Virus record (IMG/VR): IMGVR_UViG_3300047497_000260
Coordinates: 3,305 to 67,304 of that record
Reading direction: 5' to 3' (one strand)
Length of the DNA: 64,000 nucleotides
DNA from: a virus
Shown one piece after another: positions 9,348 to 19,370 of the stretch. Made by a program: the position numbers and the translations under genes. Below the pieces are notes generated by a model. It worked only from the letters and a program-made list of their open reading frames with translations. It had not been told where the DNA came from and did no database searches. The first letter of the stretch is position 1; the number at the start of each line of letters is the position of its first letter.

Positions 9348-9959
9348 TCACGCGTTGACGCCGGCGATTGTGATCGCCCCGGACGCGACGATCGCCACGG
9401 GCGGCGAGGCCGCGCTGATCTCCGCCACGACCGCGCCGATCGCCGTCTCGAAGGCGGCGAGCGCGGCCGCGAGCTGCGCGGAGGATGTCGCCGCCGCGAC
9501 GCTGTCGGCGAGGGTCGCCGAGGCCGTGCCGAGATCGAGGCTCGCGCCCTGCATCGCGATGACAAGGGTCGCGAAGGCGCTCCCCGAGACGCCATAGGCG
9601 GCGGCGAGATTGGCGAATTTGGTCTTCAGCGGATCGACGCTGGGCGCCGCGCCGCCGAGCCCATTGAGGATCGACGCCGCATTCTGGAACGCCGCCTGAT
9701 GCGCGGCGTCGGGCATGATCTGTGCGACGATGGACGCCGCGGCCTGCGAGGCGGCGGTCAGCGTCTGCGCGGCGAGCGTCGCGAGCGGAATGGCCGGAGC
9801 GGCGAAACTCCACACGCCCTCCGCCTCGCTCGCCGACCATCCATAGGCGGGATTCTGTCCCTCCCCGAGCGCGACGCAGGCGAAGATGCTCCCGATATTG
9901 GTGGGCGCCGGCGTGACGGCGATCACAGTCCCGCTCAGAAGATTGACGGTCGCATACAT
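9348..9959 (-). CDS. Putative tail fibre assembly/chaperone protein
   Basis: Directly downstream of the tail fibre gene. Confidence 0.5.
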   Translation of the reverse strand: MYATVNLLSGTVIAVTPAPTNIGSIFACVALGEGQNPAYGWSASEAEGVWSFAAPAIPLATLAAQTLTAASQAAASIVAQIMPDAAHQAAFQNAASILNGLGGAAPSVDPLKTKFANLAAAYGVSGSAFATLVIAMQGASLDLGTASATLADSVAAATSSAQLAAALAAFETAIGAVVAEISAASPPVAIVASGAITIAGVNA

Positions 9960-9962
9960 TGT

Positions 9963-11249
9963 TCAGCCCCTGATGCCGGCCATGATCGCGACCGTCACCG
10001 ATATGCCGCTGCCGCCCGCGCCCTGCGCCTGGCCGAAAATCGACAAAGTGTGCTGGCCTTCGGACGGCGTGAAATAGATGCTGGAGACGACGGTCTCGCC
10101 GGCGTTGGCGGCGGGCGACGTGATCGCGCAGGCCGCGCCGACGCCGGGGACGCCATCGACGCCGAGCGTAACGAAGGCGCCGGAGCCGCTCGTATTCGAA
10201 GAGCCGTAGCCGGTGACCTGCATGTAAAGGGCTTCATCGCCCCAGGCCAGGATCGTGCATTTGTTCGATCCGCCGAGATCGGTCGCCGAGGTCGCGGTCG
10301 TGCCGTTCGTGAACGAAGGCCCCGCAACGTTGAGGCCGCGGCGGTTGAACCAGTTGATCAGCCCGTTGTTCTGCGCGGAATTGCCGAATTGCGCGCTCGC
10401 GTTGGTGGCGATCTTGCCGACGATGGTGCGCGAGGAATCGCCGGATTTGATTTCCTGGCCGGTGACGGGATCGGTGACATGCGCCGTCGTCACGGCCTCG
10501 AGGGTCGGCGTGCCCGACGACATATAGGCGTAGACATTATAGACCGTCGACGCCGCAAGGCCGCTGTTGGAAAGCGTGACGCCGCCGGAAGGAATGACCT
10601 GGTTCTGACCGGCGATCGTGATGATGTCGCCCTGGTTGGGCGAGAGGGTCAGTTGCGTCGCCGAGGTGACGCTGAGCCGGACCTGCCCTGCGGTCCGCAG
10701 CGCGTCGGACGGCGAGAGGCCGACGATCCTGACATTCGTTCCGTCATAGCGGAACGTCATCAGCGCGCCGGCCTGCAGGTCGCCCGGCGCCGGCAGGCTC
10801 ACCCCGTTGGCCTTGACGACGGCGATATTGCCGAGCCCGTTCACATTGAGCGTCACCGCGCTCGACGTATTGGTCGTCGCGATAAAGCCGGCGAAGCTCA
10901 TGCCGGCGACGAGGAGCGCCGGGGCCGGCGTCAGCGTCGCTGTCAGCGCATTGGCCGTGCCGCCGAACGTCCCCGCGAAATTGAGATAGCCCGTCTGCAG
11001 CGCCTGGCCGAGCATGTCGTCGTCGGCACCGGTTATCGGTGTGATCCCCGAGGCGCGGATGATCCGCCTTACCTGTTGCAGGAAGCGGTTCAAAAACTTC
11101 GAGACGATCGGCGTGCCCGTGCCGGGAACGCCGGCCTGGCAATCACCGAAGAATGTATCGCCGGTCGCCGGATTGGAGACGTCTGTCGTCGTCGTCAGCG
11201 TGCGCGCCGCGCCGGCGTCGCCTGGCCCGAGCAGATCAACCATGAACAA
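9963..11249 (-). CDS. Tail fibre protein
   Basis: GTPIVSKFLNRFLQQVRRII attachment domain; GGTANALT...NTSSAVTLNVNGLG motif; follows the gp48-like gene. Confidence 0.8.
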   Translation of the reverse strand: MFMVDLLGPGDAGAARTLTTTTDVSNPATGDTFFGDCQAGVPGTGTPIVSKFLNRFLQQVRRIIRASGITPITGADDDMLGQALQTGYLNFAGTFGGTANALTATLTPAPALLVAGMSFAGFIATTNTSSAVTLNVNGLGNIAVVKANGVSLPAPGDLQAGALMTFRYDGTNVRIVGLSPSDALRTAGQVRLSVTSATQLTLSPNQGDIITIAGQNQVIPSGGVTLSNSGLAASTVYNVYAYMSSGTPTLEAVTTAHVTDPVTGQEIKSGDSSRTIVGKIATNASAQFGNSAQNNGLINWFNRRGLNVAGPSFTNGTTATSATDLGGSNKCTILAWGDEALYMQVTGYGSSNTSGSGAFVTLGVDGVPGVGAACAITSPAANAGETVVSSIYFTPSEGQHTLSIFGQAQGAGGSGISVTVAIMAGIRG

Positions 11250-11252
11250 TCC

Positions 11253-11891
11253 TCAATAAGTGGCGTAGACGATCTGCGTCTCGGCATGAACGATCCGCTC
11301 GAGCACGCAATCGAGCGAGGTGAGGTCGGGCCCGCAGGAAATGGGCATCGCGGCCTCGAGAAAGCCGGCGACCGGCCCGTAGACCTGTTGCGCGACATAG
11401 GCGGGGCTCGCCTCGAGATCGACCGAGACGATCAGCGTCGCCGGCGAATAGGCCGCGCCGGCGTTCATGCCGGCCTCTATCTCGCCCGCATCATAGGTGC
11501 AGTTCGCCGCGCAAGTGATCGACCAGCCGATGTAGCCGGCGATCGCCTGGTAATAGCTGCAGGTCACCCCGCCGAGCGCGGCGACCTTGACGCAGATATC
11601 CGGAAACGGATCGCACCCATCGGGCAGCCCATATTCCTGCAGCCAGAGATCGACCGTTTCGGAGGCCGTCGCGCAGAAAAACTCGCGCCGCAGGTCGCAG
11701 ATGCGCTGATTGAGCCAGGCGAACGGCGCGGCGACGGCGTTCCAGAATTTCCAGATCGTCGTATTCGGCTGAGGCGGCCCTTCATGCGTGTTGAAGGCGC
11801 GCCCGCGCGGCAGAAGCGCGAGAAGCTGCGTCGTGATCTGCGCCTGGTCCGGACAGATGTCGAGCGACGGGGAGAGCGGCTGGCAGGTCAC
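11253..11891 (-). CDS. Baseplate wedge protein, Mu gp48/DUF2313-like
   Basis: LLALLPRGRA...WLQEYGLPD motif. Confidence 0.85.
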   Translation of the reverse strand: MTCQPLSPSLDICPDQAQITTQLLALLPRGRAFNTHEGPPQPNTTIWKFWNAVAAPFAWLNQRICDLRREFFCATASETVDLWLQEYGLPDGCDPFPDICVKVAALGGVTCSYYQAIAGYIGWSITCAANCTYDAGEIEAGMNAGAAYSPATLIVSVDLEASPAYVAQQVYGPVAGFLEAAMPISCGPDLTSLDCVLERIVHAETQIVYATY

Positions 11892-11964
11892 GCCATTCCT
11901 CCTGAAGCCCCCTCAGCGCGCGACGCGGACGCAAAGGGTCCGCCATATCCGCGCTTGGCCGCGC

Positions 11965-13122
11965 TCATTCAAAGGTCAGCGTCCCGGGCGTCGGAATGGA
12001 GCCGACGGAAATCGCCGTATCGGTCGTCGGCGCGACGATCACCGCGCGGACCTCGCCGGCGGCTTCGGCGACGCCTTGCGCGGCCCATAGCGCGGCGAAC
12101 GAGAACGAGGTCGCGAGAAACGGCATCGCCGCCAGCACGGCCGATGTCGCGGGGTCGTTCCCCGCGACCTTTCCGAGCCGCTGAAAAATATCGGCGAGCT
12201 CGGCCGCGACGGCCTCCTGTTCCGTCGCCGTCGACGGCGTCAGCCCCTGGACCGTCACCGCGATCGGCTGGCCGGTCGGCGCCTGGACCGTGACAGCGGC
12301 GCCCGCCGGCGCGAGCGCCTGGATCGTGTTGTTGACGAGCGCGATATGCGCCGAGTCGGCGACGCCGCCGGCGGAGGCGAATATGCCGTCGAATATCGGG
12401 AACACCCTGACGGTCCCTGGCCCCGCCCATCGCCGCTCGACGAAGGTCCGCGTCACTCCCGGGACCTGCCCGGCCCAGGAAACGTAATCGGCCGGCGCGC
12501 CGCCCTGGATCGGATTGCGCTTTCTGAAGAGGATGCGGCCGCGATACGTCGAGAGGTCCGAGGTGAACGGCGCGCCGTCCGCCTCGATGTCGAGGCCGCC
12601 GAACAGGCCGTTCGAATCCGCGGCCGCCGTCGCCGAGGCCGCGCCCGGGCCGGAGGCGCCGGAAATGATCGTGAACGCCGTCCCCGCCTGGCTGTTGGCG
12701 GCGGCCGCCGGAACCGTGGCGAGAACAGGAACCGAGAAGGTCGACGCCCCCGAGGCCGCCTCCGCCGCCGTCGCGGTGAAGACGACGCCGTCGAGACGCT
12801 GGAATTGCGCGCCGACGGCGATGGCCATCGCCTGGGTGCACGTGACGAGCATATTGCCGGCGGCCGGCTGGGCGAGCTTGCGCGGGAGGTTGAACTCCGC
12901 GCCGTGCATGTCGAGATCGTCGCCGACCGAGGTCAGCGCGAATTTGGCGCGCTGGACGTAATCGAGCCGGTTGAAGACCTCCCAGAGGCCGCCGGCGAAC
13001 ACCTTGGCGGTCGGCCCGATATTGTTGGGCCAGAGCCAGGCGTCGGTTCCCGGAAGATAGGCCCGGAAATCAGCCCTCACCTTCGAAAGGACGAAGGCGA
13101 GCGACGGGATTTTGAACGTCAT
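11965..13122 (-). CDS. Baseplate J / Mu gp47-like protein
   Basis: YRGRIL...GGAPADYVSWA...VPGV...GPGTVRV motifs. Confidence 0.92.
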   Translation of the reverse strand: MTFKIPSLAFVLSKVRADFRAYLPGTDAWLWPNNIGPTAKVFAGGLWEVFNRLDYVQRAKFALTSVGDDLDMHGAEFNLPRKLAQPAAGNMLVTCTQAMAIAVGAQFQRLDGVVFTATAAEAASGASTFSVPVLATVPAAAANSQAGTAFTIISGASGPGAASATAAADSNGLFGGLDIEADGAPFTSDLSTYRGRILFRKRNPIQGGAPADYVSWAGQVPGVTRTFVERRWAGPGTVRVFPIFDGIFASAGGVADSAHIALVNNTIQALAPAGAAVTVQAPTGQPIAVTVQGLTPSTATEQEAVAAELADIFQRLGKVAGNDPATSAVLAAMPFLATSFSFAALWAAQGVAEAAGEVRAVIVAPTTDTAISVGSIPTPGTLTFE

Positions 13123-13134
13123 CCCGCCCCTCTT

Positions 13135-13704
13135 CTAGAAAGCCTGCGTTGTCGGGACGTTCGAAAATTGCAGCGCCCAGATGTCGTCGAACCTGTCGTT
13201 GTAGAGCTGCGCGCCGTCTTTCCCGTAAAGCTGGACGGCGAGATCGAGCCGGCTCGGATTCTGGTCGTTCACGAAGGCCTGCGCGGCGACCTTGACGACC
13301 GCCTGCTGGCCGACGAGCACGCTCAGCGCGTCGAGCGCCATCGAGGTCGCCCAGCGCGGCGTCGCGACGGGATCGAGCACGGAATTTTCCAGGAGCCAGA
13401 GCAGCGAGCCCATCGGCCCCTCGCCGAGATCGGCCCTGACGTCGACGCCGTCGCCCCACCATCCCCGGAGGTCGCCGTCGGGCGGCGCCAGCGGATGATT
13501 GGGCGGACAGGCCTTGTCCGTGAAGAGGCAGAGCACGACGGCCGTCGACAGCGGCAGCACCGCCTGCAGCCCGCCGGCGTTGAGCGGCTGCCCGGGAATC
13601 GCAACCGCCCAGTCGGCATAGCCGAGCGCCGGATTCCAGACGCTGTCCCAAAGCAATTGCGGCTGCGGTTCGCAGCCCTCGTCGATCCGGACGTTGATGT
13701 CCAT
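13135..13704 (-). CDS. Mu gp46-like baseplate protein
   Basis: LSTAVVLCLFTD...RGWWGD...GSLLWLL signature. Confidence 0.92.
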   Translation of the reverse strand: MDINVRIDEGCEPQPQLLWDSVWNPALGYADWAVAIPGQPLNAGGLQAVLPLSTAVVLCLFTDKACPPNHPLAPPDGDLRGWWGDGVDVRADLGEGPMGSLLWLLENSVLDPVATPRWATSMALDALSVLVGQQAVVKVAAQAFVNDQNPSRLDLAVQLYGKDGAQLYNDRFDDIWALQFSNVPTTQAF

Positions 13705-13705
13705 C

Positions 13706-16700
13706 CTATTGCACTTCGACTGTCGTCACCCGCGCCACGACATCCCAGGTGTCGGTGTTCGATGTCGGCGGCGTGAAGGAAAGGTTGAGGCCGCCATTGG
13801 TCGTGTCGGCCGAGGCGGCGATCGCCGATCCCGTCACCGTTCCGCTGGTGAGCGGCGTCGGCGTCGAGGCCATCGTCAAGGCAGTGCTGGCGGCGTTGGC
13901 GCCCCGCGTCAGCTTGCCGGTCCAGGTCGACCAGCTCTCGCTGTTCGCATTGTTCGAGCGATCGAGCGCGACGATGTCGACCGTCACTAGATAGGCGGTG
14001 GCGTTCGGAATATTGACGACATTAGCCGAGCCCGCCGCGCCCATGTCGGCGGTCAGTCGGAAGGCCGAGCCGGTCGCCCCCGTCCCGCGCAGAACGGCGA
14101 AACAATGCTGGGCGTCGCCGTTGAAGGCGGATATCGGTCCCGAGGCGGCGCAGCCCGTCCCGTAGCGGCTGCGGTCGTTCGACCCCTTGCCGCCCGGGAT
14201 CCAGCCGTTGGTCCCCGAGGCCGCGTTCTCATAGCCGCCGGCGATGACCGACTGGCCGCCGCTCGCGACATTGTTGTTGCCGCCGGCGACCGTCGCGTCG
14301 GTCGCTGCGGCCTGGTTGGATTCGCCGCCGCCGACCAGCGATGCATAGGCGTTCGCGGTGTTGATCGTGCCCCCGAGCACCGCGGAATATTGCCCGCTGG
14401 CCACCTCGGTGTTGGCGTTGCGCGTCGTCGCGAGATCGACCGCGCCGGTTCCTGGCGCATTGCCGCCGAGCGGCGTCCCGTCATGGATATTGGCGATCAC
14501 TGCCCCGCCGTAGAGGCCCTTGCGCATGACATAGCCGCCGGGGATCTGGGCGGTCGAAAGATTGGCGGTCCAGGCCGCCTCCTCGCCGTTCGGCCCATGC
14601 ACGCTGACATTGGCGACATTGGCGCTGCTCGCCATCTGCAGGTTGTAATCCCAGGTGTTGATGGGATTGCTCACCACGATGTCGATGTTGCGCCCATAAT
14701 CGACCTGGATGCCGCGCCCAAGCGGCGCGCCGCCGCCGATCGCGCCCTCGAATGTCACGCCGTAGGATTCGTTGGCGGCCGAGGCCGCCGTTATGTGCAG
14801 CGCAGCCGCGTTGATATAAGGGTCGACCAGGTTGACGTTCTTGAAATGGACATTGTTCAAGGCGGTTGTGCCCGCCGGATCGCCAATTTCGAGAAGGTCG
14901 AGGCCGACGCTGGCCGCGTCCCATTGCAGCCCCTCAACCCGGAACTCGTCGCAATTGACGCCGCCCGCGTTGTGAACCCAGGCACCGACGCCATAGGGCG
15001 CGTAAATGTCGATCGTGTTGCAGCGCACTTCCCCGGCGCCGTTCCAGTCGAGCGCCGGGCTCGTCGCATTGCCGACGTTCATCATCCGGATGCGGGAGAA
15101 CCAGCTTTCCGCGATATAGGCCGCGGTCGAATTCTTGGTGATCCCCGCGGCGATGCCGCGTCCGTTGAGATAGTCGATCTCGATGTCGTCGGCGGTGACC
15201 ATCTGGTCCTCGTCGTAGAACATCAAGGCGTTCTGCTGGTTCGCGGTCGTGCGGTCGCCCACGATCATCAGATGGGCGACCGAAGCCGCCTGATGGTTCA
15301 GCGTGAAGGACTCGGTCGGGCCGTTCACCGGATCGCTGGTGAAATTGTAGTTGCGCGACCAGGAGAAAAGGTCGCCGCTCATCGCCGGCGAGACATAGAG
15401 GAACGAGCGCCGGCGGTCCTCGCCGCGCAGGCAGCCCGAAACGCCGCCGGTCGCCGACGCCCAGAAGATCGGCATCGGGCCCGACAGGAAATAATGGCCT
15501 GGCGGAATGTAGACGCAATTGTCGGCCCCGGCCGTCCATTCGCTGATGGAGGCGTTCACCGCCGCCTGGAAGGCGGACGTATCGTCGGTGCCATAGGTGG
15601 TCGTGCCCGCGGTGATCCAGACCGGGTTGAAGGTGACCCCGCTCTCCGAGCCGCTTGGCGTTCCCTGCGAAACGGAGCTCGCCGGCTCGACCGAATAATT
15701 GCCGCCCGTCGAGACGATGAGATTGCGCACGCCCATGGTGAGCGTCAAAGTCGCGCCGCTCAGGGCGTTGCAGCCGGTCACCGGCTCGGCGGCGAGCGAG
15801 GTTGGGTTGGTCGAATAGTTGCCCGCCCAGCTGATCGACCCGATCGCCGAAATCGCGCCGGAGGTCAGCGTCACCGCGACCGTGAAAGGCGGTCCGCCGG
15901 CGCCGGTCGTGCCTTTGACCGTGCAGGTCCCGCTCATGTTGCCGTTGTCGGCGCGGCCGCCGCTTCCGTTGGCGTTTTGCGCCACCGCCGCGACGAGGCA
16001 ATGGGTGATCTTCGCGACCGCCGTGACGCTGGCCGTTCCGCCGGCGAAGGGCAGCGTGTCGCCAGGCGCACAGCCGGTCCCGGCCGCCACGATCTGCGCG
16101 CCGGAGGCGAAATAATAGGGGGTCGCCGCCGCCGCATTGGCGGCGAGCGAGACATGATGCGCATCGATATAGCCGGCGATCGTGGTCATCAGCGGCGCGC
16201 CGGCGCCACCGGCGTAATCCACGACGATCGATTTTGCGTGCGCGCCGGTGCAGTTGTTCAACGGGCCGGCGCAATCGGTCGGCAGGAAGGTCGCGCTGTT
16301 GTTTTGCAGCACGTTCGAGCCCGACGTCATGATCGACGCCTGATAGCTCTTGGCGTCGCCGGCGGCCCCGAAATCGGCCTTGACGTTGATCTGTTCGCCA
16401 AACCGCGCCGCAAGCGCCGTCGGCGTCGTCGCGCCATTGCCGGCCCCAAGCGCCGTCATGGTCGAGGCGTCGCTGCCTGGCAGGCCCGCAACACCGGCCT
16501 TCGAAACGGCGAAGCTGACGACCGCCGTGCCCGAACCCGACGCAAGGTCGATCAGCCTGACGCCGCGCAGGCCCGATATCGTCGCCTGGTAGACGCCGTC
16601 GGCGGTGATGGTCGAGGCCGGCGTCACGCCGCCGAGCGCCGTCGCATAAAGCGCCTGCCACTGCCCGGTCGCGACCTGGCCCTGCAGGGTCAGCGTCCCC

Positions 16701-16888
16701 GTCCATGTCCCCTGCACGTCGATCGCGACGGTCGCCGCGTCGGGCTGGATCGTCGGCGATCCGATCGAGGCGACATTGTTGGCGGCGCTCAGCGACAGCG
16801 TCTGCACCGGCGGCGCCGAAACCGTCTGGGCGAGCGCGATCGTCGCGGCGAAGAGCGCGGCGAGGGCCGACAAGGCGAGCTTTTTCAT
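13706..16888 (-). CDS. Large tailspike/depolymerase-like (beta-helix) protein with N-terminal signal peptide
   Basis: Start MKKLALSALAALFAATIALA; INVKADFGAAGD...GTDDTSAFQAAVN...VYIPPGHY pectate-lyase-3-like motif; GG..N.A repeats. Confidence 0.7.
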   Translation of the reverse strand: MKKLALSALAALFAATIALAQTVSAPPVQTLSLSAANNVASIGSPTIQPDAATVAIDVQGTWTGTLTLQGQVATGQWQALYATALGGVTPASTITADGVYQATISGLRGVRLIDLASGSGTAVVSFAVSKAGVAGLPGSDASTMTALGAGNGATTPTALAARFGEQINVKADFGAAGDAKSYQASIMTSGSNVLQNNSATFLPTDCAGPLNNCTGAHAKSIVVDYAGGAGAPLMTTIAGYIDAHHVSLAANAAAATPYYFASGAQIVAAGTGCAPGDTLPFAGGTASVTAVAKITHCLVAAVAQNANGSGGRADNGNMSGTCTVKGTTGAGGPPFTVAVTLTSGAISAIGSISWAGNYSTNPTSLAAEPVTGCNALSGATLTLTMGVRNLIVSTGGNYSVEPASSVSQGTPSGSESGVTFNPVWITAGTTTYGTDDTSAFQAAVNASISEWTAGADNCVYIPPGHYFLSGPMPIFWASATGGVSGCLRGEDRRRSFLYVSPAMSGDLFSWSRNYNFTSDPVNGPTESFTLNHQAASVAHLMIVGDRTTANQQNALMFYDEDQMVTADDIEIDYLNGRGIAAGITKNSTAAYIAESWFSRIRMMNVGNATSPALDWNGAGEVRCNTIDIYAPYGVGAWVHNAGGVNCDEFRVEGLQWDAASVGLDLLEIGDPAGTTALNNVHFKNVNLVDPYINAAALHITAASAANESYGVTFEGAIGGGAPLGRGIQVDYGRNIDIVVSNPINTWDYNLQMASSANVANVSVHGPNGEEAAWTANLSTAQIPGGYVMRKGLYGGAVIANIHDGTPLGGNAPGTGAVDLATTRNANTEVASGQYSAVLGGTINTANAYASLVGGGESNQAAATDATVAGGNNNVASGGQSVIAGGYENAASGTNGWIPGGKGSNDRSRYGTGCAASGPISAFNGDAQHCFAVLRGTGATGSAFRLTADMGAAGSANVVNIPNATAYLVTVDIVALDRSNNANSESWSTWTGKLTRGANAASTALTMASTPTPLTSGTVTGSAIAASADTTNGGLNLSFTPPTSNTDTWDVVARVTTVEVQ

Positions 16889-16895
16889 GCTGAGG

Positions 16896-17387
16896 CTATT
16901 GCGTCCCGTAGATTTTCGAGGAGGGTCCGGAGACCAGCACCACCGGGCTGTATGGTCCGGGCCCGAGATAGATTTTGTTGCTGCCCGCATTGATCGTGAT
17001 GTCGGCGCCGTTGCTGGTGATCGTCACGCCGTTCGCGACGACCTTCCAGGGCACGGAGAAGGTCATGTCGACCTCCGTGCCGATCAGCTTGATGATATTG
17101 CCGGCCGAATCGTAGATCGCCTTGGCGCCCCCCGGCAGCCCGGTCGGCCTGTATTGCGGATGCTCGAGCCCAAGCGCGACCATGCGGGAGGCGCCCCCGC
17201 CAAGCACCACCGCATATCCTTCCGCGCCTTTCGGAGGATTGCTCGATTCGCCGAAATTCTGGACCCGGACCATCTGGCTGACGTCCTGGCCGAGCAGCCC
17301 CGTCCCGTGGATGAACTGCTGCGGGCCGCCGTCATTGACGTCGACGACGGTGACCCTTGTCGCCTGCGGCGTGACATAGGCGTTCAA
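16896..17387 (-). CDS. Baseplate spike, Mu gp45/gpV-like
   Basis: TTG start overlapping the upstream stop; QNFGESSNPP...RPTGLPGG..AIYD motif. Confidence 0.85.
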   Translation of the reverse strand: MNAYVTPQATRVTVVDVNDGGPQQFIHGTGLLGQDVSQMVRVQNFGESSNPPKGAEGYAVVLGGGASRMVALGLEHPQYRPTGLPGGAKAIYDSAGNIIKLIGTEVDMTFSVPWKVVANGVTITSNGADITINAGSNKIYLGPGPYSPVVLVSGPSSKIYGTQ

Positions 17388-18547
17388 AAGAGCCCGCTTC
17401 CCTGCGGCGGCTCGGCGCTCGCCGGAGTGGCCAAGGAAGGCTGCGCGTCGCTCGAATCCATGTTCCAGCTCTTGCCCGATTGGTTCACGCCGCCGCCCTG
17501 GCCGCCATGCGCGCGCGGATCGACGAGCTCGAGCTTCGTCAGCGAGCCTTCCTTGTCGTCCTGCATATATTCGACGGCTTCGATCAGCATGTCCTGCGCC
17601 AGGGCGAGGAAAGGGCTTTCCGTCCAGACGACATTGCCCGGCGTCCAAAGCATCCCGGAATCGTCGTGCCAGCCCTGCGCGGTGATGGTCGCCTTGATCG
17701 CATTGCCGGCCTCATGGTCCCGGTGATGCGTCGCCTTGCGCGATATCCGACCCTGGTCGGTATGGTGATGATGGTGGATATGGATCGGCCGCGTGCGCGG
17801 CACGGTCTGGTCCGTCGCGGTCGCCGAAATCTGGGTATTCTGCGCGCCGTTGCCATAGGCCGCCTGGCCATGGACATTGACCGAGGAGTGGCGTCCCGAA
17901 ACGTTGAAATCGGCCTCGCCGACGAGAATGTTGACGCCCTCGATCAGCGGCGTCGGCTGGCGCGGCGGATTGACCCCGGCCTGGGTCATTTTGATCGAGC
18001 CGTCGGGCTGGCCGGCCATCGTGCATTCGTCGTCGTGCGAGAGCGCGTCGAGCGAATGAAATAGCGTTTGCCCCGGGTTCGGCCGCCAGCGGTCCTGCGG
18101 CGTCAGAGTTAGGCCCGCGTCGATCGAAAACCCGATCCCGAATATGTCCTGGTCCTGCGCGATGGCGAGCGAGGTCTGGTTCACATAGTCGCTCTTGCGA
18201 TGCTCGACCGAGGAATCGACCGCGTCCTGCCCCTTGGCCCGCCCGGATATCGTTATGTGCGCTTCCGATTTCGAAAGCTTCGGGCGATAGCGGTCGACAT
18301 AGCCGGTGAAGACGAGATCGCCGAGATCGTCGTCGTCGGAGCCGCTCCCCCCGCCTTCCATGGCGGCGAAAATCTGCACCGGGGTGAATGGCTGGAAGAT
18401 CGACGCGACCGCGCTCGGGCCGGCCTCCGCCGCGACCTTGAGCTCGAATGAGCGCGCCGCCTCCTTGACGCCGCCGCGCACCTTCACCTGCTCGAAGCCG
18501 CGATAGGTCACGCCGCCGACGACCACCGAAACGATCTCTCCCGCCAT
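17384..18547 (-). CDS. Baseplate hub, Mu gp44/gpP-like
   Basis: FTGYVD...ITISGR.K..DAVDSS and GW....G.LW.PG motifs. Confidence 0.9.
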   Translation of the reverse strand: MAGEIVSVVVGGVTYRGFEQVKVRGGVKEAARSFELKVAAEAGPSAVASIFQPFTPVQIFAAMEGGGSGSDDDDLGDLVFTGYVDRYRPKLSKSEAHITISGRAKGQDAVDSSVEHRKSDYVNQTSLAIAQDQDIFGIGFSIDAGLTLTPQDRWRPNPGQTLFHSLDALSHDDECTMAGQPDGSIKMTQAGVNPPRQPTPLIEGVNILVGEADFNVSGRHSSVNVHGQAAYGNGAQNTQISATATDQTVPRTRPIHIHHHHHTDQGRISRKATHHRDHEAGNAIKATITAQGWHDDSGMLWTPGNVVWTESPFLALAQDMLIEAVEYMQDDKEGSLTKLELVDPRAHGGQGGGVNQSGKSWNMDSSDAQPSLATPASAEPPQGSGLF

Positions 18548-18550
18548 CCG

Positions 18551-19360
18551 TCAGGCCGCCAAAGCTTCGAAGGTTTTGGGCATGTAGGAGGCGTGCGCCA
18601 CCTGGTTGCGGGCGATGAGGTCGGCCGCCCGGGTCGGGTCCTGATAGAGACGCCAGGCCCACCACAGCGACGGCAGCGACAGGTTGGCGCTGACCGTCCG
18701 GATCGGCTTCAGATTGATGATCGCCTGCGAGAGATAGCTCACGCAGGCGTCGCGGGTCTTGGCGAGCTCGGCGGCCCATCGGGCGTCGAGCCAGCCCTGG
18801 CAGACCGAAAGCTCCCGCTCGAACCGCTCGACGCAATCGGCCCGCGCGGTGATGGCGTCCGGCCGCGCGTCGAAGGTCACGCCGATGAGCGCCCGGGCGT
18901 AGCCGGCGATGAGCACGCCGCGCGTCAGGCGCGCGATGAGCTCTGCGTTGGCGGCGTCGGCGAGCCGGTTTGGGGTTGCGACGATCGCCGGCGGCGCGTC
19001 GGGAACGGCATCGCAGGCGGCCGCGAAGGCGGCGAAGGCGCTCGCCGGCGCCATCGCCGCGACAAGCCCGCGGCAGAGCGCGAACAGGCCCGGCGCTATG
19101 CTGGGATCGACCCCCGTCCCGTCCGCGACCAGCGTTGGGATGGCGTTATAGAGCGCGACCATGCAATTGGAGAGGCCGTTGACGACCGCCAGCGGCGCGC
19201 CGACCGTCGCCGATTGCGACGGCCCGATCGCGACGCTCATCTTGAACGCAGTGACGGCGGCGGGATCGAGCTTGGCCGCATTGGCGATGCCTTCCAGCGT
19301 CGCGACGATATCCTGCAGGCCCGTCGCGACATTGGCGACGATCCAGTTCGGCGTCGGCAT
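18551..19360 (-). CDS. Mu gpN-like DNA circularization protein, C-terminal half
   Basis: PSLWWAWRLYQDPTRAADLIARN C-terminal motif. Confidence 0.75.
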   Translation of the reverse strand: MPTPNWIVANVATGLQDIVATLEGIANAAKLDPAAVTAFKMSVAIGPSQSATVGAPLAVVNGLSNCMVALYNAIPTLVADGTGVDPSIAPGLFALCRGLVAAMAPASAFAAFAAACDAVPDAPPAIVATPNRLADAANAELIARLTRGVLIAGYARALIGVTFDARPDAITARADCVERFERELSVCQGWLDARWAAELAKTRDACVSYLSQAIINLKPIRTVSANLSLPSLWWAWRLYQDPTRAADLIARNQVAHASYMPKTFEALAA

Positions 19361-19370
19361 TTCGCTTCCC

